A DNA stretch of 64,000 nt from Methanomassiliicoccaceae archaeon (GCA_040776945.1 JAXGZN010000002.1:640001-704000), one strand, 5' to 3'. Shown: positions 1-10,784, counted from the first letter of the stretch. Translations and numbers: made by a program. Notes: generated by a model from the letters alone, not told the origin.

Positions 1-735
1 GTCGAAGGCACGTACTACATCCTGATCAAAATGCTGAACGACGAAAAGGTCAGAAAGCGCATCGTCGTACCCATCGGCCTGGCGCTTCTCGTGTTCGGCA
101 TATTCGCTCTCCTGGACCCCATCATAATGCTGTTCCAGGGCTCAGCCGAGGTGTCGTTCACCAACATGGGGCTGGCCATGATCTGGGCGGTCGTCGGCCT
201 GTACCTGGTTATGTTCGCGTACAAGGCCGGAGATAGGGCAAGGGAGTGGTGGAAGGAGACGCAAACCGCGGTGAAGGAAGGAAGCACCATGCTACCCTTC
301 GCTGTGCTGGCGATCATGATATTCCTGTTAGGTCTGCTTTACGGACTGGACGCGGCTCTGTCGGACCCCGAGGCCGAGGTGCTGGAGAAGATCGTGCTGT
401 TCGTGGGCGGCTTCATGTGGATGTGCGTGTTCGCCTACTTCACCTTCCAGGTCGGCCTGTTCATCAATGACTATCTGTCCAAGGGCGTTCTTCAGTACTC
501 GTATCTCGTTGCCTCGGTCACGATATTCGCCCTGGGCTTCATCCTCCAGGGGGCCTTGGACGCTACTCAGGTTTTCTTTGGGTTCCGCAACTATGATCAA
601 GCGGTGATCTTCTTGGAGATCATGGCCGGGTTCCTTCTGGCGGTCTTCGGGGCCCTTCTCAATACGTCCTTGAGGGGGATGAACGGGAAACAGAAGGGAG
701 CGGAGAGCGGCGATCCAGTGGAGAGCGCGGAGTGA
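1..735 (+). CDS. DUF373-like archaeal membrane protein, 5'-partial
   Basis: Frame open from base 1 (VEGTYYILIKML...); several TM helices; stop overlaps the next start (GTGA). Confidence 0.6.
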   Translation, partial: VEGTYYILIKMLNDEKVRKRIVVPIGLALLVFGIFALLDPIIMLFQGSAEVSFTNMGLAMIWAVVGLYLVMFAYKAGDRAREWWKETQTAVKEGSTMLPFAVLAIMIFLLGLLYGLDAALSDPEAEVLEKIVLFVGGFMWMCVFAYFTFQVGLFINDYLSKGVLQYSYLVASVTIFALGFILQGALDATQVFFGFRNYDQAVIFLEIMAGFLLAVFGALLNTSLRGMNGKQKGAESGDPVESAE

Positions 736-1427
736 GCGGACCGATGGACTATGCGGACTGGGAACCTCACTACCTTCGCATTGCGAGCGATTTCGGCTTT
801 TCGATCCGAGAGGACGAGCTTGCTGCGTTGAGGCTCTATGAGCTGGCAAAGGGCAAGGAGACGTGCGCTCCCTCATGCCTCCGCAGCCGAATGGGCGTCG
901 AGGCCACGGTTGTAGGCGACGGGCCCGGCCTTGAACTAGAGCTGAAGAAAGCGCCTTTAAGAGGAACGGTGATCGCAGCGGACGGAGCGACCTCCACGCT
1001 GATGCACACCCTCGGGAAGGTCCCGGACGTGATAGTCACAGATCTGGATGGGAACGTGCCCGATCAGCTTTCGGCAAACGCACAAGGTTCGATAGTTGTG
1101 ATCCTAGCGCACGGCGACAATGTTGAGGCCATCGAGAGATACGTCCCCTGGTTCACCGGACCCATTGTCCTTACAACCCAATCCCGGCCGTTCGACGGCG
1201 TGCATAATTTCGGGGGCTTCACAGACGGGGACAGGGCGGTGATGCTCGCCCGGCATTTCGGGGCTAAGAGAATATTCCTCGCGGGCTTCGACCTCGATGA
1301 CCCTAGGCCGAAGGAGGGCAAGGACCTTGCGATCAAGCGCCGCAAGCTCGAGGAGGCCCGCAGGCTGATTTGGGACATGAACCCCTCGGACGTTGAGATA
1401 GTTTCCTCCATCGCCCTTGATGGGTGA
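732..1427 (+). CDS. mptE: 6-hydroxymethyl-7,8-dihydropterin pyrophosphokinase (archaeal MptE/DUF115)
   Basis: IAADGA, VIVTDLDG, AHGDN, NFGGFTDGDRA, LAGFD and K.RKL motifs. Confidence 0.85.
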   Translation: MSGPMDYADWEPHYLRIASDFGFSIREDELAALRLYELAKGKETCAPSCLRSRMGVEATVVGDGPGLELELKKAPLRGTVIAADGATSTLMHTLGKVPDVIVTDLDGNVPDQLSANAQGSIVVILAHGDNVEAIERYVPWFTGPIVLTTQSRPFDGVHNFGGFTDGDRAVMLARHFGAKRIFLAGFDLDDPRPKEGKDLAIKRRKLEEARRLIWDMNPSDVEIVSSIALDG

Positions 1428-1678
1428 GGCCCGGGAACATGAACGACCATCGTGGCCTTTTTTTTGTTCCAGACAATCAGAAGTCATTTCGATAATTGAT
1501 AAATTTGCAGTCTTTTCTACGATTATAGAAATATAGAATTATCGATAATATATGATGCTGGATATCCTAAACAATTTATGAAATGTCCAATAATTATTAT
1601 ATAGCTCAGTTGTGTTATCAAGGGGTAATGTCTATCCCATTTTTCATAACGGGAAGACGTCATTAAGGAGGAAACTAA

Positions 1679-3538
1679 ATGGAAGGAAGTGCACCTGCTG
1701 CAAAAAAACGCGGCATGAGCAAGAAGCTATTGGCGGTCATCGTCGTAGCCGTATTGCTGATCGCCGCGATTGCTGCCGCCGTCTTGGTCCTTGGCAATCA
1801 GGGCAAGAGCGAGCAGGCAGACAACTGGCTCGATAAGGGCTTTAATCTGGAGATCTTCTATAATTCCGGAAATACGGCCCGCCAGACCGCTTGTGAACTG
1901 ATCAAATCAGGCCTAGAGTCCCTGAACCCCGGCAAGATCAAGATTACGGTCACTCCTCTCGAATGGTCCAACTACCTCGAGTACAGGAAGACCGGCAAGA
2001 TGGCCGCGATGTTCCTCGGATGGGCGCCTGACTATGCTGATCCGGACGACTATCTCCAGCCCTTCTACCTGTCCGGTGGGACCTATGCGTCAATGATAGG
2101 TTACAACAACGCGACCCTTGACGCCATGATCGCCGCCGCTGCCGCTGAGCTCGATGACACTCAGAGGGCTGCGCTGTACAAAGAGATCAGCATGGACATG
2201 TACGAAGAGTGCATCTATGTATGGACCGCCCAGGCCAACAACTTCGCCGCGCAGAGGAACTGGGTGGAGGGTTACGCGTACAACCCCATGTACTCCAACC
2301 TGTACTACTACTCTCTCAGCAAGACGGAGGCGGCCGCCGACACTACGACCTTTAGATATGCTAGTATCGACGGTAATGCAGAGAGCTTCGACCCAGTTGT
2401 CGACTACGAGACCGTGGGCGGTGAACTGCTCCAGAACGTGTATGAGACCCTGGTTTGGTACAACGGCACCTCTTCCAGCGACCTCATTCCGATGCTGGCC
2501 ACAGAGGTCCCCACGATCGAGAACGGCGGCATCTCCGCGGACGGGCTGACCTACACCTTCAACATCCGCTCCGGTGTCGAGTTCAGCGATGGGACCCCCA
2601 TGACCGCCGAGGATGTCAAGTACAGCTTTGACCGCGGCCTCATGTACAACGACCCGCACGGGCCGTTCTGGATGTATGGTCAGGTCCTGATACCTGACTA
2701 CTACAACTACGGCATGGCGACCTTCACCGATGCCGGCGTCATGCAGCCCGAGATCACTCAGGCCATGTGCGATGCCGCCATTTGGGTCGTCGACAGCGAC
2801 ACCGTCCAGTTCAACCTGACCCAGCCCTACCCTGCGTTCCTGAGCACCCTTGCCTTCAACGCTGGGTCCATTGTCTCCAAGAGCTACGTGGAGGCCAACG
2901 GCGGGCTGTCCAAGAACGGATATACCTTCATGAGCACTCACATGATGGGCACTGGTCCGTTCGTTCTTGGCGATTTCGCCACTGATGCATACTACAACCT
3001 GGACAGGAACGACAACTACTGGAGGGAACCCGCTGCCCTGGCCCACGTGATCATCAGCCAGGTCCCCGAGGTTGGCACCAGGATCCTTCAGCTCCAGAAC
3101 GGAGATGTGGACGCTGCGGCCATTCCCCGCGACAAGAAGACCACCCTTGAAGCTATGGAAGGCGTGGTCCTGAGGACCGGCTCCCCCTCGTTCAACGTGG
3201 ACTTCCTGGGCCTGAACCAGAAGCTGAACCTGACCGGCGCCAACCCCGACCTGACCAACGTCCCGTCGGACTTCTTCGCCGACAAGAACGTCAGGCTAGC
3301 GTTCGCTCACGCCTTCAAGTATTCGACCTATATCGAGAACACCCTGCAGGGCACCGCACTGCAGCCTAACGGAGCCATACCAAAGGGCATGTTCGGCTAC
3401 AGCGCTGATGTCCCCATCTACGACTACAATCTCGAAAAGGCCAAGGAATACCTGAAGGCGGCCAAGCTGCCGGCCGGCACTTCGTCCGCCTCCGCGCTGG
3501 ACGAGGTAGTTGCCGCGATCGCCAGGTTCGAGCTGTAA
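1679..3538 (+). CDS. oppA: Oligo/dipeptide ABC transporter substrate-binding protein (family 5), circularly permuted
   Basis: N-terminal TM anchor; GWAPDYADPD, DP..DYET..GE..QNVYETL, DGLTYTF.IR.GV.FSDG, GTGPF and YNLEKAKEYL motifs; GAGG RBS. Confidence 0.9.
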   Translation: MEGSAPAAKKRGMSKKLLAVIVVAVLLIAAIAAAVLVLGNQGKSEQADNWLDKGFNLEIFYNSGNTARQTACELIKSGLESLNPGKIKITVTPLEWSNYLEYRKTGKMAAMFLGWAPDYADPDDYLQPFYLSGGTYASMIGYNNATLDAMIAAAAAELDDTQRAALYKEISMDMYEECIYVWTAQANNFAAQRNWVEGYAYNPMYSNLYYYSLSKTEAAADTTTFRYASIDGNAESFDPVVDYETVGGELLQNVYETLVWYNGTSSSDLIPMLATEVPTIENGGISADGLTYTFNIRSGVEFSDGTPMTAEDVKYSFDRGLMYNDPHGPFWMYGQVLIPDYYNYGMATFTDAGVMQPEITQAMCDAAIWVVDSDTVQFNLTQPYPAFLSTLAFNAGSIVSKSYVEANGGLSKNGYTFMSTHMMGTGPFVLGDFATDAYYNLDRNDNYWREPAALAHVIISQVPEVGTRILQLQNGDVDAAAIPRDKKTTLEAMEGVVLRTGSPSFNVDFLGLNQKLNLTGANPDLTNVPSDFFADKNVRLAFAHAFKYSTYIENTLQGTALQPNGAIPKGMFGYSADVPIYDYNLEKAKEYLKAAKLPAGTSSASALDEVVAAIARFEL

Positions 3539-3540
3539 TT

Positions 3541-3577
3541 CCTTCCCAACCTTCTTTTTCTTTTTCTTATTTTTTTA
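3541..3577 (+). terminator. Oligo-T terminator after the binding-protein gene
   Basis: CTTCTTTTTCTTTTTCTTATTTTTTT directly after the stop. Confidence 0.55.
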
Positions 3578-3677
3578 CCTTGGCCAGCGGTATGGAACCG
3601 CCTTCGTTCCGTAAGTATCGCCCTTAGAACTATCATATGTATTATATAGCGATGAAAGGCTCCATGAATCGATTCTG

Positions 3678-4700
3678 ATGGGTCTGAAACGGTATATATT
3701 CAGACGGCTGTTATTGATAATACCCGTTCTCATCGGGGTTTCCATCATCATCTTCTCCCTGACCCGGATGGCAGGGGACCCTGCTGCGGCATACATCAAT
3801 GAAAAGATGAACGCCTCACAGATAGCCGACGTCTACCAGAAATACCATTTCAATGAACCCGTCTATGTTCAATACTTCTACTGGCTCAATGGCATACTGA
3901 ACCTGGACTGGGGATGGTCGAAGACCGCGACGATGCCAGTTACCGACGCCATAGCCTACTATTTGCCCGCAACGTTCGAACTTGCACTTACCAGCATCAT
4001 CATCGCCATAATCGCGGGCATCGCATTGGGGACCACATCGGCGGTCAAGAAGAACAGGCCGTTCGACCATACGACCCGGGTCATATCGCTCATAGGTGTT
4101 TCTATCCCGGTCTTCTGGCTCGGCCTTCTCCTGTTGTTGGTCTTCTATGCCCAGCTCGGCCTGTTCCCCAAGGGCGGGAGGTATAGCGACATCTTCATCT
4201 TGACCGGGGTCACCAAGAACCTGGTGACCGGTTTCATGACCGTCGATTCCCTGATCATGGGAAATCTGAACTTCTTCGCTGACGTCATCTGGCATCTGAT
4301 CCTGCCTGCAGTGACACTTTCGTTCTCCAGTATAGCGCTCATCCTCAGGATGCAGAGGAACAGCATGCTGGAAGTGCTGCATCTCGATTACATAAAGACC
4401 GCCAGGGCCAAGGGCGTGCCGGAGAGAGCGGTCATACGGAAGCATGCCCGAAGGAACGCCCTCATACCTACGACCACTGTCGTCGGACTGGCCTTTGGAG
4501 GCCTGCTCAGCGGAGCCGTGCTTACCGAATCTATCTTCCAATGGCCCGGACTGGGGAGATGGTCGGCGAAGTCGATATTGAGGATGGATACCGCCTCGAT
4601 CCTGGGCTTTTGCCTGCTGATAGCGTTCATCTATGTCATAGCGAACCTGGTAGTGGATATCATGTATGCATATCTCGACCCAAGGGTCAAGCTGGGGTGA
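3678..4700 (+). CDS. oppB: Peptide ABC transporter permease (OppB/DppB)
   Basis: GDPA, PAT.ELA, SIPVFWLG, HLILPA, DYIKTARAKG, HA.RNALIP and E.IF.WPGLG motifs. Confidence 0.95.
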   Translation: MGLKRYIFRRLLLIIPVLIGVSIIIFSLTRMAGDPAAAYINEKMNASQIADVYQKYHFNEPVYVQYFYWLNGILNLDWGWSKTATMPVTDAIAYYLPATFELALTSIIIAIIAGIALGTTSAVKKNRPFDHTTRVISLIGVSIPVFWLGLLLLLVFYAQLGLFPKGGRYSDIFILTGVTKNLVTGFMTVDSLIMGNLNFFADVIWHLILPAVTLSFSSIALILRMQRNSMLEVLHLDYIKTARAKGVPERAVIRKHARRNALIPTTTVVGLAFGGLLSGAVLTESIFQWPGLGRWSAKSILRMDTASILGFCLLIAFIYVIANLVVDIMYAYLDPRVKLG

Positions 4701-4704
4701 TAAG

Positions 4705-5685
4705 ATGGCGATATCCACCAGATCCCGTACCGCAGCAAGCACTGCAACGGACAGCTCGATCATCAGCATTCGCGACATCACCGCCGAGCTACGGCCCAGG
4801 ATCAAGGAATGGAAGAACTCCTGGGACCTGATCCGGCATAACTGGACGGCGATGATGGGGCTTGTGCTCATCATCACCATAATCATCATCGCCATTCTGG
4901 CCCCGGTCCTCGCACCCCCCTCGGGAGTGGACGCGATGTACATCCCGAGGGATTTTGACCTTCCAAAGCCGCCCTTCATCCCCGGGCATCCGCTGGGCAC
5001 CGGAGAGATGGGAGCAGACATCTATTACGGGGTCATTTGGGGCGCGCGGACGACCATCGTCATCTCCCTCTATGTCGTACTGACCGCCGCCCTCGTTGGA
5101 CTGGTCGTTGGAGCGATATCTGGTTACTATGGAGGCGTCATCGACGAGGTCCTAATGAGGTTCACTGACATATTCCTCTCCCTGCCCGCACTGATCATGG
5201 CCATGGCCATCGCGTCTATACTCACGAGGAACCTGGAGAACATGATGTTCGCCCTGATCATAGTGTGGTGGCCGAGCTATGCTCGCCTCATAAGAGGGCA
5301 GGTACTTACGATCCGCGAGAGCACTTACGTAGAGGCGGCAAAGGCCATCGGAAGCAAGCGCGGAAGGATCCTTTTCAGGCACATCGTGCCCAATTCGCTC
5401 TCTCCCCTCATAGTGGCCATCACCCTGGACCTGGGCGCGGTGGCCCTGGTCGCCGCCAGCCTGAGCTATATAGGGTTCGGGGTACCAAGCGGCTACGCCG
5501 AATGGGGAAGAATGGTATCGGACGGGCAGGGATGGTTCCTGGCCAAGGTACCCTTCAATGGCGCCTATCACACCCCTTGGTGGGTAGTGTCGTTCCCCGC
5601 CCTTATGATCCTGCTGTTCACGATGGGCTTCAGCCTGCTGGGGGACGGCCTGAGGGATATTCTGGACCCGAGGTCAAGGAGGTGA
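4705..5685 (+). CDS. oppC: Peptide ABC transporter permease (OppC/DppC)
   Basis: HPLGT..G.DI, YVEAAKAIG, RHIVPN, EWGRM and GDGLRD.LDPR motifs. Confidence 0.95.
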   Translation: MAISTRSRTAASTATDSSIISIRDITAELRPRIKEWKNSWDLIRHNWTAMMGLVLIITIIIIAILAPVLAPPSGVDAMYIPRDFDLPKPPFIPGHPLGTGEMGADIYYGVIWGARTTIVISLYVVLTAALVGLVVGAISGYYGGVIDEVLMRFTDIFLSLPALIMAMAIASILTRNLENMMFALIIVWWPSYARLIRGQVLTIRESTYVEAAKAIGSKRGRILFRHIVPNSLSPLIVAITLDLGAVALVAASLSYIGFGVPSGYAEWGRMVSDGQGWFLAKVPFNGAYHTPWWVVSFPALMILLFTMGFSLLGDGLRDILDPRSRR

Positions 5686-5689
5686 GAAG

Positions 5690-6952
5690 ATGAGCTCTGA
5701 GACCATCATTGAGATCGAGGACCTGTATGTCAACTTCTACACCAAATCCGGAGTGGTCTATGCTCTTGACGGTGTCAATCTGAAGATAAACAGGGGTGAA
5801 GCTCTGGGCCTGGTCGGCGAAAGCGGATGCGGCAAGAGCGTCACCGCCAATTCCATTCTGCAGCTCGTTCCCAGCCCCCCGGGGAAGGTCGAGAAGGGAC
5901 AGATACTGTTCGATATGCCCTCTGAGGTAAGGAGGAAGAAGGAGAGCATAGGCGAGAAGCTGAAGCATTTGGACGAAAGCGCCCCCGAGGCCGCCCGACT
6001 CAGGGACGAGCTCAATACCGAGCTGGCAAAGTACGACATCGTCCGGAAGTCGCAGGAGGAGCTCCGAAAGGTGAGGGGGAAGGCCATATCCATGATCTTC
6101 CAGGAGCCCATGAGCTCCCTCAATCCAGTGTTCACGGCCGGTGATCAGATAGCGGAGGTCATCCTTCTCCACGAGCGGCCTGAGCTCGCTGCGGCGGTCC
6201 TGCGGAGCTTCGACCAAGGAAATGGCGCCGGCGGCATCAAGCTGAAGATCTATCGCAGCCTTTACAAGAGGATGCAGGCCGATCCCGAAGCTCTTCTGCT
6301 GAGGCTCATGTCCAAGGTGCCCCTGCTGCGGAGGTACGAGAGGCCGTTGGTCAAGGAGGCGAACGAGCGCGCGGTCAACATGCTCCGCCTGGTACGCGTG
6401 CCCGATCCGATCAACGTATCCAAGTCATATCCCTATGAGCTCTCTGGAGGGATGCAGCAAAGGGTCATGATAGCCATGGCCTTGGCATGCAAGCCTCAAT
6501 TGCTCATAGCCGATGAGCCTACGACCGCTTTGGACGTCACCATCCAAGCGCAGATAATCAAGCTCATGCGTGAACTGCAGAAGGATACCGGGACGACCAT
6601 CCTCATGATCACCCATAATCTAGGCATCATCGCGGAGATCTGCGATCGCGTGGGCGTTATGTACGCCGGCAACATCGTCGAGCTGTCGTCGAAGCGCGAG
6701 CTGTTCAAGGAGCCGCTGCATCCCTATACCCTCGGGTTGCTGGCGGCCATCCCCCGCATAGACATAGAGCTCCCGAGGCTGGAGATAATCGAGGGGAACG
6801 TTCCCAACCTCACCAAGCCTCCGACCGGATGCCGCTTCCATCCCCGATGCCCTTACGCCATGAACATATGCTCCACCGACAAGCCGTCCATGATAGAGAT
6901 AACCCCCGGTCACTCAGTGGCCTGCCATCTGTACACGGGGGTGGAGAATTGA
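5690..6952 (+). CDS. oppD: Peptide ABC transporter ATP-binding protein (OppD/DppD)
   Basis: [30 protein letters not shown] and GCRFHPRC motifs. Confidence 0.95.
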   Translation: MSSETIIEIEDLYVNFYTKSGVVYALDGVNLKINRGEALGLVGESGCGKSVTANSILQLVPSPPGKVEKGQILFDMPSEVRRKKESIGEKLKHLDESAPEAARLRDELNTELAKYDIVRKSQEELRKVRGKAISMIFQEPMSSLNPVFTAGDQIAEVILLHERPELAAAVLRSFDQGNGAGGIKLKIYRSLYKRMQADPEALLLRLMSKVPLLRRYERPLVKEANERAVNMLRLVRVPDPINVSKSYPYELSGGMQQRVMIAMALACKPQLLIADEPTTALDVTIQAQIIKLMRELQKDTGTTILMITHNLGIIAEICDRVGVMYAGNIVELSSKRELFKEPLHPYTLGLLAAIPRIDIELPRLEIIEGNVPNLTKPPTGCRFHPRCPYAMNICSTDKPSMIEITPGHSVACHLYTGVEN

Positions 6953-8058
6953 GCGACGACATCCTCATCGACGTCAGGGGGATGAAGAAGTATTTCCCCA
7001 TCCGTAAAAGCCTGTTCTCCCGGAGCGCGTCGGCGGTGAGAGCGGTGGACGACGTATCGTTCTATATCCGAAAGGGAGAGACTCTCGGGCTAGTGGGGGA
7101 GAGCGGCTGCGGAAAGACCACCACTGGTAGATGCGTTCTCCGCCTCATTAGGCCGACCGGCGGTCATGTATATTGGAAGATGCCCGCCGATGTCCGGACC
7201 AGACTGGACGATCTAGAGGCCCGCCAAACAGCGCTCCTCGAAGCAGGCGGATGGAACGGAAGCAAGGAACAACAGGCCGATATCGAGGGCGCCCTTAAGG
7301 AGATCCGCAGAAAGTACGCGATGGAGTACCGCTCCAGCGAGGACCTGCGGCACATGAGAAGGAACATGCAGATCGTGTTCCAGGACCCTTACTCGTCACT
7401 CAACCCGCGCATGCTGATCAAGGATATAGTCGGCGAGCCTCTGCAGATCCATGGAGTGGCGCACGGGCAGGACCTCTTGGAGAGGACGAAGAACCTTATG
7501 GAGGCGGTAGGGCTGAGCCCCGAGCACCTGTATCGATTCCCGCATGAGTTCTCCGGAGGACAGAGGCAAAGGATTGGGGTGGCCAGGGCGCTCGCGCTCA
7601 ACCCTGAGCTGGTGGTGCTCGACGAGCCGACCTCGGCATTGGACATGTCCGTGCAGGCGCAGATACTGAACATGCTCAACGACCTGCAGGCCAGCTATGG
7701 TCTAACATATCTGTTCATTTCCCACGATCTCAGCACCATCCACTACATGTGCGACCGGATCAACGTCATGTACCTGGGCAAGATCGTGGAATCGGCGCCC
7801 AAGCAGGAGCTGTTCGACAATCCCCTTCACCCGTATACCAAGGCCCTACTGTCGTCGATACCTGTCCCGGACCCCGACCTCCAGCGTGAAAGGGTCCCTC
7901 TGGCAGGCGAGATACCCTCTCCGGCCAATCCCCCCTCGGGTTGCCGGTTCCACACCCGGTGCAAGCGCCGGCAGGGAAAGTGCGAGACCGAGGTTCCGCC
8001 GTTGATAAACATCGGCGGGGAACACTTCGTGTCCTGTCATTATTGGGACCAGAAATAG
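6949..8058 (+). CDS. oppF: Peptide ABC transporter ATP-binding protein (OppF/DppF)
   Basis: TTG start overlapping the oppD stop; GESGCGKT, FSGGQRQR, LDEPTSALD and GCRFHTRC motifs. Confidence 0.95.
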   Translation: MSDDILIDVRGMKKYFPIRKSLFSRSASAVRAVDDVSFYIRKGETLGLVGESGCGKTTTGRCVLRLIRPTGGHVYWKMPADVRTRLDDLEARQTALLEAGGWNGSKEQQADIEGALKEIRRKYAMEYRSSEDLRHMRRNMQIVFQDPYSSLNPRMLIKDIVGEPLQIHGVAHGQDLLERTKNLMEAVGLSPEHLYRFPHEFSGGQRQRIGVARALALNPELVVLDEPTSALDMSVQAQILNMLNDLQASYGLTYLFISHDLSTIHYMCDRINVMYLGKIVESAPKQELFDNPLHPYTKALLSSIPVPDPDLQRERVPLAGEIPSPANPPSGCRFHTRCKRRQGKCETEVPPLINIGGEHFVSCHYWDQK

Positions 8059-8060
8059 AC

Positions 8061-8357
8061 ATGGCGCACAAACGCAGGATCGAGGTCGCTGAGCGCGTTC
8101 CCGGGCCGGAGGAGCCCGTTGATGAGATGGGATGGAAAGAGTGGGCTCTCAAGAGGTACGCAAGGGCGTGGTACTGGGTAGGCTGTCTGTTCCTCGATGT
8201 GGTCATATTTCTGGAGATGCAGCGGGCCCTGGACACCCACGTGATCGTGGCCGGATCGGCCTCGGTGGCCGCGGCCGCGGTCCAGTTCGCACTTTACTTC
8301 AGGATCTGGGGACGCGGAGGGCCTTTGGCCGACGACGGTCCCGATGATGAGCGGTGA
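8061..8357 (+). CDS. Small two-TM membrane protein
   Basis: ATG 2 nt after the oppF stop; two hydrophobic segments. Confidence 0.6.
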   Translation: MAHKRRIEVAERVPGPEEPVDEMGWKEWALKRYARAWYWVGCLFLDVVIFLEMQRALDTHVIVAGSASVAAAAVQFALYFRIWGRGGPLADDGPDDER

Positions 8358-8484
8358 CCCTGCCGTAAGATAGGTCCATGAGACGGATGCCAGCACCTAG
8401 GATTTCAAATCTATAGTTTATTATTATTAATCATGAATGATTATCCAGAAAGATATATATGAAACAGCCTCCAATCATAACCCT

Positions 8485-8880
8485 ATGTCGGTGGTCAGCA
8501 TGGAGGAGCTTGTCTCAGCGTTGAAGAACACGTTGGGCAAGAAGGGGATGCAGGAGAGCGACATAAAGAGATTGGCAGAGTACACGATGAGCTTCTTCGG
8601 CTACACCGACTCGGTGATCGATAACCGGCTTACTTCAGAGGACCGTGATGTTTTCTATATGCTGGAAGAGGAAGGGTTCGTTACCACTACAGAGGAAGAG
8701 GTCCATCTAAAGAAGGGGAAGATGTGGCGCATCCATTACTGGATCCTCAAGAAGGACCAGATAATCCGTCTGGCGAACATGCCCGAGGAGATCAAGCCAG
8801 AGGTGGATGAGGTTGCATTGATCTACGAGAACATCGACAAGGACGTGTGGGCTCGCGAATCCCACAGCCAGTATCACTAG
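8485..8880 (+). CDS. DUF6015-like Thermoplasmata protein (wHTH-like)
   Basis: FFGY...IDN.L..EDRDVFYMLEEEG and G..WRIHYW motifs; AT-rich promoter upstream. Confidence 0.7.
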   Translation: MSVVSMEELVSALKNTLGKKGMQESDIKRLAEYTMSFFGYTDSVIDNRLTSEDRDVFYMLEEEGFVTTTEEEVHLKKGKMWRIHYWILKKDQIIRLANMPEEIKPEVDEVALIYENIDKDVWARESHSQYH

Positions 8881-8936
8881 CACGAGCCACCAACGGTTTT
8901 AATAGTGCTATGCCATTAGAGCGATAGAGGAAGTGG

Positions 8937-10526
8937 ATGGACGGACTTCTCATCGCCCTTCTGATCATAGCTGCTTACTTGGCCATCGCCTTGACGCTGA
9001 ACAAGAAAAAGGTGCTCTCCAAGTTCAACATGTCCATGTGGGGCCCGTTCATCATGTGGAGGACGAGGCGTGGGCGCGACCTTATAGATAAGCTCGCTAA
9101 GCCGACAAGGTTCTGGAAAGGCTATGCCGCAATAGGCAAGGGCATCGTCGTCGTGGTCATGGTCGCCATAATGGCCCTTCTGATATGGGAGGCGTTCCTG
9201 GTATCCAACATCCCGGCCGAACAAGCTCCATCGCTGGACATGCTCATAGGGATCCCGGGGATCAACCCCATCATCCCCATTGGATACGGCATCCTGGGAC
9301 TGGTGGTGGCGGTCATCATCCACGAGTTCGCGCACGGCATCCTGACCGTCGTCGGGAAAATGAAGGTCCGTGCGCTCGGCATAGTGTTGATGGTCGTTCC
9401 CATGGGAGCGTTCGTGGAGCCGGACGAGGAGGCCCTGGAGAAGGTGGAGAAGAGGACAAGGTCCTCCGTCTATGCGGTCGGTCCGGCGACCAACATCATC
9501 GCTGCCCTGGTCTGCGCGTTCCTGTTCTCTTCTGTAATGGTGTCGTCGGCCGAGCCGATACGTGATAATCCGGTCATCGTGACGGTCATAGAGAACGGGC
9601 CGGCGCATCTTGCCGGCCTTAAGTACGGTGACCAGATCGTGAGCGTCAATGGGGTGGTGGTCCCCCAGGGCGGATACTCGAACATGACCTCAGGTGAACC
9701 GAACTCCACTGCCGTGGTGAGCTACTATCATGGCAGTGAGCTGCGGCAGGCGAACGTCACTTCGGGACTGGTCATAACGATGACCTCCGACGGCCTTCCC
9801 GCCGCCGAGGCTGGCCTTAGGGCAGGCATGATCCTAAGCTCGCTCAACGGGACGAGCATTACGAGCGAGGCCGAGTTCAAACGTGTGCTCGCAGGGGTCC
9901 CCGCCGGCAGCACGGTCCCTGTCGAGGCCTTACGCTACAATGCCACGAAGGGATTCTATGAGGATGCGGGCGTGACCACGCTCACCACCATCAGCAAGAA
10001 CGACTATTATGAGAGGACCTATGGGCAGTCTGCGGAGAACATATCGTTCATGGGGGTCAACACGGCCTACTTCGGAGCTACGACAAGCGATCCCCAGATG
10101 ATCCTGGACGTCCTGGGCCATCCCTTCGCTGGAAGCGGCTCGGTCGACGGCTTTGTTTACGACCTGCTGCATTACATTGCCCTGCCGTTCTATGGACTGC
10201 AGCCGCTGTCCCCGCCGCTCTCGGAGATATTCGCTCCTACCGGCATTTTCGCGTGGATGCCGACAGATGTGTTCTGGATGGTCGCCAACAGCATGTATTG
10301 GATCTTCTGGATAAACCTGATGGTGGGGATAACGAACGCCATGCCGGCCATCCCCCTGGACGGAGGGTTCCTGTACCGTGACTGGATCGATACCATCGTT
10401 TCCAAAGCCAGAAAGGGGCTGGAGCAAAAGGACAGGGACCGCTATGTTAACTCCATCGTTATGACCACTAGCCTGTTCGTTCTGTTCCTCATCATGTGGC
10501 AGCTTATCGGTCCAAGAGTGCTTTGA
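8937..10526 (+). CDS. Site-2 intramembrane metalloprotease (M50) with PDZ domains
   Basis: HEFAH, GAFVEPD, GP..N and N.MPAIPLDGG motifs; two PDZ-like PA..AGL segments. Confidence 0.9.
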   Translation: MDGLLIALLIIAAYLAIALTLNKKKVLSKFNMSMWGPFIMWRTRRGRDLIDKLAKPTRFWKGYAAIGKGIVVVVMVAIMALLIWEAFLVSNIPAEQAPSLDMLIGIPGINPIIPIGYGILGLVVAVIIHEFAHGILTVVGKMKVRALGIVLMVVPMGAFVEPDEEALEKVEKRTRSSVYAVGPATNIIAALVCAFLFSSVMVSSAEPIRDNPVIVTVIENGPAHLAGLKYGDQIVSVNGVVVPQGGYSNMTSGEPNSTAVVSYYHGSELRQANVTSGLVITMTSDGLPAAEAGLRAGMILSSLNGTSITSEAEFKRVLAGVPAGSTVPVEALRYNATKGFYEDAGVTTLTTISKNDYYERTYGQSAENISFMGVNTAYFGATTSDPQMILDVLGHPFAGSGSVDGFVYDLLHYIALPFYGLQPLSPPLSEIFAPTGIFAWMPTDVFWMVANSMYWIFWINLMVGITNAMPAIPLDGGFLYRDWIDTIVSKARKGLEQKDRDRYVNSIVMTTSLFVLFLIMWQLIGPRVL

Positions 10527-10784
10527 TCACTTTCGGATGATCACGAGATCTTCATTGCATCGCGGGCACAGATCATAGTCCAATGCCCGGAAGTTGGACG
10601 TGACCTCGAAGATGAGGCCGCATCTCTTGCACTTCTTGAACGCTACCATGGCGGGTGTGAAATGGTCGCATTCGTATACCAGCTCACCCCGGGAATATAT
10701 GCATAGATCGGCTGAACAGTTATCGCAAAGGCTGCGCCTGTTCAGGTTGACCCAAAGACGTTCGCCGACCTTGACCCGTCCCAT
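10527..10784 (-). CDS. Small Cys-rich zinc-binding protein
   Basis: CDNC..C...C, CKRC and CPRC motifs; GGTGA RBS before the ATG. Confidence 0.65.
   Translation of the reverse strand: MGRVKVGERLWVNLNRRSLCDNCSADLCIYSRGELVYECDHFTPAMVAFKKCKRCGLIFEVTSNFRALDYDLCPRCNEDLVIIRK

Noticed and set aside
1538-1549. Perfect palindrome ATTATCGATAAT upstream of the opp operon
   Set aside because: Single AT-rich instance with no second copy or nearby regulator to support it.
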